Of a stretch of 48,000 bases of DNA, positions 41,454 to 48,000 are shown one piece after another. The DNA is from Tolypothrix carrinoi HA7290-LM1 (GTDB taxonomy: Bacteria > Cyanobacteriota > Cyanobacteriia > Cyanobacteriales > Nostocaceae). The notes beneath the pieces were generated by a model. The model had not been told where the DNA came from and ran no database searches. It saw only the letters and a list, made by a program, of their open reading frames with translations. The stretch is from the NCBI GenBank assembly GCA_019358935.1, contig JAHHIK010000063.1, positions 1-48,000 of the forward strand, written 5' to 3'. The position numbers were made by a program, and so were the translations under genes. Within the stretch, counting starts at the first letter, position 1, and every line of letters begins with the position of its first letter.

Positions 41454-44400
41454 ATCAAAAAGCAGAAAAAAGCAAGAACATCGAATCAATTTATCCCCTC
41501 TCGCCAATGCAGCAGGGAATGTTGTTTCACACTGTTTACGCTCCCAACTCAGGAGTCTATGTTGAGCAAGTGCTTTTCACCATCTGCGGTGAACTTAATA
41601 TAGCTGCCTTTAAGCAGGCATGGCAGAAATTGGTAGAACGCCATCCGGTTTTGCGGACTCTGTTTGTTTGGGAAAAGCAGCAGGTGCCCTTGCAGGTGGT
41701 ACGCAAACAAGTGGAGTTACCTTGGAATTATTGCGATTGGCGAGAACTGTCTCCAAAGGCGCAACAGCAGCGCTTGGAGGAATTTTTGCACGCAGACCGA
41801 TATCAAGGCTTTGTACTCAACCAAGCACCCCTAATGCGCTTCACCCTCATGGAGCTTGCCTCGCAACGCTATCAGTTCCTCTGGAGCCATCACCACATCA
41901 TAATGGATGGTTGGTGTCTCCCCATTCTCCTCAAAGAAGTCTTAACTTTTTACGAAGCCTACAACCGAGGTGAAAGCTGCTACATACCTGCTTTGAGTCC
42001 CTACCGAGATTACATTGCTTGGCTGCAAAAGCAAGACGTATCTGAGGCAGAAGCATTTTGGCGACGAACCCTTAAGGGATTTAGAACGCCCACGCCCCTA
42101 GTAGTGGATCGACCATCTCTTCAAAGCTTAGAGCAGTATCCCACTTATCACAAGCAGGAACTGAGTTTATCCTCCGAAGTAACTCAAAAGCTTCAATCTT
42201 TGGCACGACAGCATTCTATCACCTTGGCTACTCTAGTGCAAGCTGCTTGGGCAATGCTTTTGAGTCGCTATAGTGGAGAGTCAGAAGTTTTGTTTGGGGT
42301 GACTGTTTCGGGTCGTTCTGGCAATTTATCAGGCATCGAAGAGATGGTCGGACTGTTTATCAACACTTTACCCTTGCGGGTTTCAGTCCCCAGAGAAAAG
42401 CCTGTGTTGCAATTGTTACAAGAAGTGCAACAGATGCTCTTAGAATTGCAGGAGTATGCTTACATCCCACTAGCAGAAGTTCAACGGCTGAGTGAGGTTA
42501 AAGCTCCTTTGGCTCTGTTTGAGAGCATTTTGGTGTTTGAGAACTATCCGGTGGATAAATCTTTGCGGCAGTCAAACCACTCCTTCAAAGTCACTGAGGT
42601 GGAAGTTTTTGAACAAACAAACTATCCCCTGACTGTGTTGGTTTTTGCTGAAGAAAAGTTGTTAATTAAAATAAGCTACGATCGCAGCCGTTTTGAAGCC
42701 GATACCATTACTCGCATGGGTGGACACTTGCAGACGTTGTTAGAAGCGATCGCTTCTAATCCAAACCAGCAAGTGGAAAAACTGCCATTGTTGACAAAAG
42801 CACAGCAGCACCAGTTGTTATTAGAGTGGAACCAGACAGCAGCAAACTACCCTCCAGATAAGTGTCTCCATGAATTGTTCTTTGAGCAGTCTTTGAGCAC
42901 TCCCAACGCGGTAGCGGTGGAGTTTGAAAACTCTCAGTTGACCTATCAGCAGTTAAATGAGCGAGCCAATCAGTTAGCCCATTATCTGCAATCGCTTGGG
43001 GTCGAACCTGAGGTATTAGTGGGGTTGTGCGTTGAACGCTCCTTGGAGATGGCGATCGCGGTCTTGGCTATCCTCAAAGCTGGTGGAGCGTATGTGCCGC
43101 TCGACCCCGCTTATCCCCAAGAACGGTTGGCTTTTATGCTGGAGGATACTCGCTCAAAAGTTTTGCTGACTCAATCTCGATTGCGATCGCACCTCCCCGA
43201 ATCAGATCGTGTTTTCTGTATAGATGAACAATGGGAAGTTATTGCCCAACAACCCTCCACTAATCCAGCTAGCCCCGTCCAGCCAAGCAATCTTCTCTAC
43301 GTCATTTACACCAGTGGCTCTACTGGGCGACCCAAAGGCATTACACTATCTCACCAAGCCTTGGGCAACTTGATTTACTGGCATCTCGAAACCATGAAGC
43401 AGGGAGTTGGGGTTCTCCAATTTGCATCGTTGAGCTTTGATGCCAGCTTCCACGAAATGTTTGCTGCCTGGTGTTCTGGTGGAACATTATACATGATTCC
43501 GGAAAGCCTGCGGTTGGATGTGGAAAAACTCGTTGATTTTTTAGCTGAAAAACCGATACAGAAAGTCATTTTGCCAGTAGCCCTTTGGCAGCAGATAGCC
43601 CAAGTTTATGGGCAGCAAGCCGATTTGTTCCGTAATATTACTGAGGTAATAATTACAGGTGAGCAGTTGCAAATTACCCAGCCTATTATTGATTTGTTTA
43701 AGCAGTTAAACCACTGCCGCCTGCATAATCATTATGGTCCCTCAGAGACTCACGTAGTTACTGCATTTACATTTAACGACTCACCAGATACTTGGCGTAT
43801 TTATCCTCCAATAGGCAAACCAATAGCCAACACGCAAATCTATATTTTAGACGAGCATTGGCAACCCGTTCCCATCGGCGTTCCAGGGTTCTTATTTATT
43901 GGGGGGGCAAATCTGGCACGGGGTTATCTCAATCGTCCGGACTTAACAGCACAGAAGTTTGTTCCCAATCCCTTTGGTAAAGGGCTGCTTTACCAAACCG
44001 GAGACTTGGCGCGTTATCTGCCGGATGGCAACATTGAATTTATCGGGCGGGTAGACGACCAGGTTAAGGTTCGCGGCTTCCGGGTTGAATTGGGTGAAGT
44101 GGAAGCGGTGTTAAACAAACACCCACAGTTAAGCCAAGCGGTGGTAACAGTGCAAGGAAACGCAGCCAATGAAAAGCGACTGGTCGGCTATGTAGTTCCA
44201 AAGTCCGAGACAGTAACAACCGAGCAGTTGCGCTCTTTTCTGTTGCAGAAGTTACCGGAGTACATGATTCCATCAGCGTTTGTTACTCTAGAATCCCTGC
44301 CCTTAACTCCCAATCAGAAGATCGATCGCCGTGCTTTACCTATACCGGATTTGCAGCCAAGTCGCTCAGATGACTATGCACTGCCCCGCAATCCAAAAGA

Positions 44401-47400
44401 AGAAATTATTGCCAACATCTTCGCCTCGGTTCTGAAACTTGAGCACCTAGGTGTTGATGATAACTTCTTTGAACTGGGTGGGCATTCTCTACTCGCCACT
44501 CAAGTTGTATCGAGGCTGCGAGAAGCCTTTCAAATCGAGATCCCCTTGCGTACTCTATTTGAAGCACCCACCGTTGCCGAACTCGCTCAAGCTATCTGGG
44601 CACTGCGTCAGACTGCTTCGGGATTAGTAATTCCTCGACTTAAGCCTGTATCAAAAAATACGAATTTTTTGGCGCTATCTTGGGCGCAAGAACGGCTGTG
44701 GTTTTTAGACCAACTAGAATCGGACAGTGCGACCTACAATATGCCAGCAGCGCTTGAGATATCTGGAGAGCTAAATGTAAAAGCCCTAGAGCAAGCCTTA
44801 ACGGAAATTATACAACGCCACTCGGTTCTGCGTACAACTTTTGCCACGGTCAACGGAACTCCAATGCAGGCGATCGCCCCTGCTGTGGCAGTAACTATTC
44901 CCGTTGTAGATTTGCGATCGCAAAGCGTGCGCGAAGCGCAATCGATCAACAAAAACTCGCGGAAAGATCGCGTAAAATCCGAAGCAACCCAAGAAGCTCA
45001 ACAACCCTTTAATCTAGCGAGTGGTTCCCTAATCCGCTTTAAACTTTTGCAACTGGCACAATCTCATGTGCTGCTTGTAACCATGCATCATATAGTTTTC
45101 GATGCTTGGTCAATCAGCATTTTTGTTCGAGAACTGATTGCTCTCTATGAAGCAGCCTTGCATCAACAGCCTTGTGTGTTGCCCGCCCTACCAATTCAGT
45201 ATACTGATTTCGCGTGCTGGCAGCGACAATGGCTTCAAGGAGGAGTGTTAGAAACGCAACTGAACTATTGGAAGCAGCAACTTGCTGGCAATTTACCAGT
45301 ACTACAGCTACCTATTGATTACCCCCATTCACTAACTCAGAATTATCAAGGAGCACAGCAAGTTCTACGTTTGCCCAAGTCTCTGACCGCAGCAGTTAAA
45401 ACTTTGAGCCGCCAAGAGGGAGTCACTGTGTTTATGACCTTGTTGGCAGCATTCAAAGTATTACTGTCCCGCCACACTGGACAGGAAGATATTATTGTCG
45501 GTTCACCGATTGCGGGTCGTAACCACCTTGGAACTGAAGAGCTAATTGGCTTTTTTCTGAACACTCTACCCCTACGCACTAACTTGTCAGGAAATCCCAA
45601 CTTCCGGCAGTTGTTAAGCAAAGTGCGTGATGTGACACTATCAGCTTACAACCACCAAGACATTCCCTTTGAAAAGTTGGTTGAAGAACTGCGACCAGAA
45701 CGCTCCTTGAGTCGGCATCCAGTGTTTGATGTGATGTTTAACATGATCAATACACCGGAGGTAGCACTAGAAATTCCCGGCTTGACTTTTGAGCCGTTGG
45801 AGCTAACACAGCAGTCGTCAAAATTCTGGATGACAGTATTCGTTCAAGAGGTGGCAGAGGAACTTAACATTAAGCTGGTGTATCGACAGAACCTGTTCTC
45901 ATCCGAACGTATGACTGCTTTTCTGGAACAGTTTGAGCATTTAGTGCAACAAATCGTGGCTGAACCTGAGCGTTCGATTCAATCTTATTCTCTAGTTACA
46001 CCACAGTCGCGCTCTTTGTTGCCAGATGCGAATGCTGGGCTTGATGAACCTGACTACGAACCAGTGACTGCCCTGTTTGCTGCTTGGGTTGAGAAAGCAC
46101 CTCGGCAAACGGCTATCCGTCAGAACGATCGCATGTGGACTTACCAGGAATTGTCCCAAAGCGCCCATACTATTGCACAGGTTCTCTTAAGTTCCGGTGT
46201 GCAACAGGGAGATGTAGTAGCTGTGTGCGGTGCGAAGAGTTTCGGACTGATTGCCAGTATGCTTGGGGTATTCTTCAGCGGCGCTGTCTTGCTGATGCTT
46301 GATTTGAACCTTCCAACTCATCGCCAGCAACTGATGCTCCAGGAGGCTCAAGCCAAGTATCTCTTGAATGTGGGCATTAAGTCAAAACAAGCACATTTGA
46401 CAGAAAGCTCCTTAGAAATTATTCATGTTGATCCTGAGACTGCAACAGCGATTGAAAAGACAACAAACTGCTGTTTGCCAACGCTGAATGGAGGCGATCG
46501 CGCTTACATCTTCTTCACCTCTGGTAGCACAGGGACACCGAAAGGGGTGTTGGGGACTCACAAAGGTATTTCTCATTTTCTCGACTGGCAACGCCAAACT
46601 TTTGAGATTAGTACTTTTGACCGAGTTGCCCAATTAACTAGTCTCACTTTTGACGCTGTTCTCAGAGATGTTTTTCTGCCTTTGACCAGTGGAGCAACAC
46701 TCTGTTTGCCGACTGTGGACAATGACTTAGGGTCAGATCGGGTGTTAAGCTGGTTGGAAACTGAGCAAATCACTGTAGTTCACACAGTTCCGGCACTGGC
46801 ACAGTCTTGGCTAACACAAGTACCATTAGGAATTCACTTAACGAAGTTGCGCTGGATTTTCTTCTCCGGAGAACCTTTAACTCAGACGCTGGTTCGTCAA
46901 TGGCGACAGACTTTTCCAGAAGCAGGGGAAATAATTAATCTCTACGGAGCAACAGAGACTACAATGGTCAAATGCTTCTACAGAGTGCCTAGTGAGATTC
47001 CATGTGGGGTGATGCCAGCAGGTTGGGCGCTTCCCCAAACGCAAGCGCTGGTATTAAATTCAACTAACCAGTTGTGTGGAATCGGGGAAATCGGGGAAAT
47101 TATTATACGTACCCCCTTCCGCACTTTAGGCTATATTAATGCGATCGCCGAACAACAGCAACGGTTTTTGCCCAATCCAGACGGCAACGATCCAGAGGAT
47201 TTGTTGTACTATACTGGCGACAAGGGGCGCTACCGTCCGGATGGAGCGGTTGAAGTTTTGGGTCGAAACGACGACCAAATTAAGATTAGAGGAATACGTG
47301 TTCAACCAGCAGAGATTGAGACGGTATTGAACCAGCACCCAGCGGTGGCAGAAAGTGTAGTGATTGCCACAGACGAGACGCCAGGGGACAAACGCTTAGT

Positions 47401-47968
47401 TGCCTATGTAGTTGCCACGAATCAAACATTTGCCAAAAGCGAGGCAAGCTACTTTCTCAAACAGCACCTACCGGAGTATCTGGTGCCATCAGTCTTTGTT
47501 GTGTTAGACGCTTTGCCACTGACTGCTAATGGTAAAGTGAACCGTCGTGCTTTGCCTGCCCCATCTTTTGAAGTAGGTGAGAGTGCTAGCAATGTTAAAC
47601 CTCGAACCCCAACTGAGGAACTGATTGTCAGTATCTTTGCCTCTGTTTTGAAAGTTCAGCACTTAGGTGTTGATAATAACTTCTTTGAGGTGGGTGGACA
47701 TTCTCTACTCGCCACTCAAGTTGTTTCTCGTCTGCGGGAGGCACTCAAAGTAAATCTGCCTCTACGAACTTTATTTGAGGCACCAACTCCTGCTGAACTA
47801 GCCGTAGCCATTGAGAAAATTAAAGTGACTGGAGGCGCTGAGATTGACACACCCAAAATCACAAAGATTTCTCGGGAACGGCATCGAGTTCAAGTCTCGT
47901 CTCAAGAGGAGTTAACACTTCCTGATGCTGTGAGGCAGGAGATTTTCAAACCAGAAAGTAAACATTAA
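41450..47968 (+). CDS. NRPS, two modules: C(DCL-type)-A-T-C-A-T plus a C-terminal tail of about 55 aa
   Basis: 2172 aa. The TTG start overlaps the upstream TGA (TTGA). C1 begins IYPLSPMQQGMLFH, fitting a donor-D-specific C domain after an E domain, and has HHIIMDGWC (41891-). A1 is YTSGSTGRPKG (43307-) with code DAH(I/V)ITHVVK (unassigned), and the T1 Ser is at 44486-44488. C2 is HHIVFDAWS (45086-). A2 is FFTSGSTGTPKG (46511-) with code DARHFSLMVK, and the T2 Ser is at 47702-47704. No TE, R or C domain follows the last T. Confidence 0.95.
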   Translation: MNQKAEKSKNIESIYPLSPMQQGMLFHTVYAPNSGVYVEQVLFTICGELNIAAFKQAWQKLVERHPVLRTLFVWEKQQVPLQVVRKQVELPWNYCDWRELSPKAQQQRLEEFLHADRYQGFVLNQAPLMRFTLMELASQRYQFLWSHHHIIMDGWCLPILLKEVLTFYEAYNRGESCYIPALSPYRDYIAWLQKQDVSEAEAFWRRTLKGFRTPTPLVVDRPSLQSLEQYPTYHKQELSLSSEVTQKLQSLARQHSITLATLVQAAWAMLLSRYSGESEVLFGVTVSGRSGNLSGIEEMVGLFINTLPLRVSVPREKPVLQLLQEVQQMLLELQEYAYIPLAEVQRLSEVKAPLALFESILVFENYPVDKSLRQSNHSFKVTEVEVFEQTNYPLTVLVFAEEKLLIKISYDRSRFEADTITRMGGHLQTLLEAIASNPNQQVEKLPLLTKAQQHQLLLEWNQTAANYPPDKCLHELFFEQSLSTPNAVAVEFENSQLTYQQLNERANQLAHYLQSLGVEPEVLVGLCVERSLEMAIAVLAILKAGGAYVPLDPAYPQERLAFMLEDTRSKVLLTQSRLRSHLPESDRVFCIDEQWEVIAQQPSTNPASPVQPSNLLYVIYTSGSTGRPKGITLSHQALGNLIYWHLETMKQGVGVLQFASLSFDASFHEMFAAWCSGGTLYMIPESLRLDVEKLVDFLAEKPIQKVILPVALWQQIAQVYGQQADLFRNITEVIITGEQLQITQPIIDLFKQLNHCRLHNHYGPSETHVVTAFTFNDSPDTWRIYPPIGKPIANTQIYILDEHWQPVPIGVPGFLFIGGANLARGYLNRPDLTAQKFVPNPFGKGLLYQTGDLARYLPDGNIEFIGRVDDQVKVRGFRVELGEVEAVLNKHPQLSQAVVTVQGNAANEKRLVGYVVPKSETVTTEQLRSFLLQKLPEYMIPSAFVTLESLPLTPNQKIDRRALPIPDLQPSRSDDYALPRNPKEEIIANIFASVLKLEHLGVDDNFFELGGHSLLATQVVSRLREAFQIEIPLRTLFEAPTVAELAQAIWALRQTASGLVIPRLKPVSKNTNFLALSWAQERLWFLDQLESDSATYNMPAALEISGELNVKALEQALTEIIQRHSVLRTTFATVNGTPMQAIAPAVAVTIPVVDLRSQSVREAQSINKNSRKDRVKSEATQEAQQPFNLASGSLIRFKLLQLAQSHVLLVTMHHIVFDAWSISIFVRELIALYEAALHQQPCVLPALPIQYTDFACWQRQWLQGGVLETQLNYWKQQLAGNLPVLQLPIDYPHSLTQNYQGAQQVLRLPKSLTAAVKTLSRQEGVTVFMTLLAAFKVLLSRHTGQEDIIVGSPIAGRNHLGTEELIGFFLNTLPLRTNLSGNPNFRQLLSKVRDVTLSAYNHQDIPFEKLVEELRPERSLSRHPVFDVMFNMINTPEVALEIPGLTFEPLELTQQSSKFWMTVFVQEVAEELNIKLVYRQNLFSSERMTAFLEQFEHLVQQIVAEPERSIQSYSLVTPQSRSLLPDANAGLDEPDYEPVTALFAAWVEKAPRQTAIRQNDRMWTYQELSQSAHTIAQVLLSSGVQQGDVVAVCGAKSFGLIASMLGVFFSGAVLLMLDLNLPTHRQQLMLQEAQAKYLLNVGIKSKQAHLTESSLEIIHVDPETATAIEKTTNCCLPTLNGGDRAYIFFTSGSTGTPKGVLGTHKGISHFLDWQRQTFEISTFDRVAQLTSLTFDAVLRDVFLPLTSGATLCLPTVDNDLGSDRVLSWLETEQITVVHTVPALAQSWLTQVPLGIHLTKLRWIFFSGEPLTQTLVRQWRQTFPEAGEIINLYGATETTMVKCFYRVPSEIPCGVMPAGWALPQTQALVLNSTNQLCGIGEIGEIIIRTPFRTLGYINAIAEQQQRFLPNPDGNDPEDLLYYTGDKGRYRPDGAVEVLGRNDDQIKIRGIRVQPAEIETVLNQHPAVAESVVIATDETPGDKRLVAYVVATNQTFAKSEASYFLKQHLPEYLVPSVFVVLDALPLTANGKVNRRALPAPSFEVGESASNVKPRTPTEELIVSIFASVLKVQHLGVDNNFFEVGGHSLLATQVVSRLREALKVNLPLRTLFEAPTPAELAVAIEKIKVTGGAEIDTPKITKISRERHRVQVSSQEELTLPDAVRQEIFKPESKH

Positions 47969-48000
47969 TTGTACGAATTTTAGACATCGAAATTACTTTG

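Noticed and set aside
9511-45110. Deviations from HHxxxDG in several C domains (HHIIADV, HHIISDD, HHIIGEG, HHIICDY, HHIVFDA), considered as signs of inactive condensation domains.
   Set aside because: The second His is present in all of them, and the Asp is present in all but one (where it is Glu). The trailing Gly is known to vary in active C domains. An inactive C domain would break the only possible assembly line.
9082-47968. Dozens of 60-117-aa ORFs in alternative frames or antisense within the megasynthase genes, for example 10152..10466(-), 22702..23040(-), 31525..31863(-) and 41620..41973(+).
   Set aside because: Each lies inside a long reading frame with unbroken NRPS/PKS core motifs. 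They have no recognisable motifs of their own. Paired examples (14770..15018 with 47126..47338, and 14783..14974 with 47139..47330) simply mirror the module duplication.

Overview
The window is cyanobacterial, probably from a filamentous Nostocales-type genome. The evidence is many HIP1 GCGATCGC octamers (more than 15 seen by eye), heptamer and palindromic dispersed repeats, and AT-rich codon usage. It has two parts. (1) Positions 1-3700 are a decaying accessory patch. It holds two paralogous double-glycine-leader precursor peptides, next to an internally deleted C39-peptidase/ABC exporter remnant. That remnant abuts an IS630 transposase fragment and a frameshifted, 5'-truncated IS200/IS605-type TnpB. 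MITE-like and hairpin repeats flank the patch. (2) Positions 4095-47968 are one large, same-strand, largely translationally coupled hybrid FAAL-PKS/NRPS cluster. Its genes are an SbnA/SbnB-like 2,3-diaminopropionate cassette, a cyclic-peptide-type ABC exporter with an in-frame 42-bp tandem repeat, an EctD-like PhyH dioxygenase and an Asp/Asn-beta-hydroxylase-family (LpxO/AspH-like) gene, plus five megasynthase genes. Domain logic forces a non-colinear order: FAAL-ACP-KS-AT-DH(N-half), then LLM-DH(C-half)-KR-ACP, then C-A(Ser)-T-Cy-A(Cys)-Ox-T, then C-A(Ala)-T-E, then C-A-T-C-A-T, then C-A-T-C-A-T-C-A(Gly)-T-TE. This predicts a thiazole-containing lipo-octapeptide. The most unusual points are: a dehydratase split across two ORFs with a luciferase-like monooxygenase between its halves; a terminal thioesterase with Cys in place of the nucleophilic Ser; a hydroxylase gene inserted at an NRPS-NRPS junction and flanked by a perfect 112-bp duplication of that junction; and a roughly 3-kb intra-cluster C-A-T module duplication. 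Novelty against databases cannot be judged here. All specificity codes were extracted by hand and compared with codes recalled from memory.
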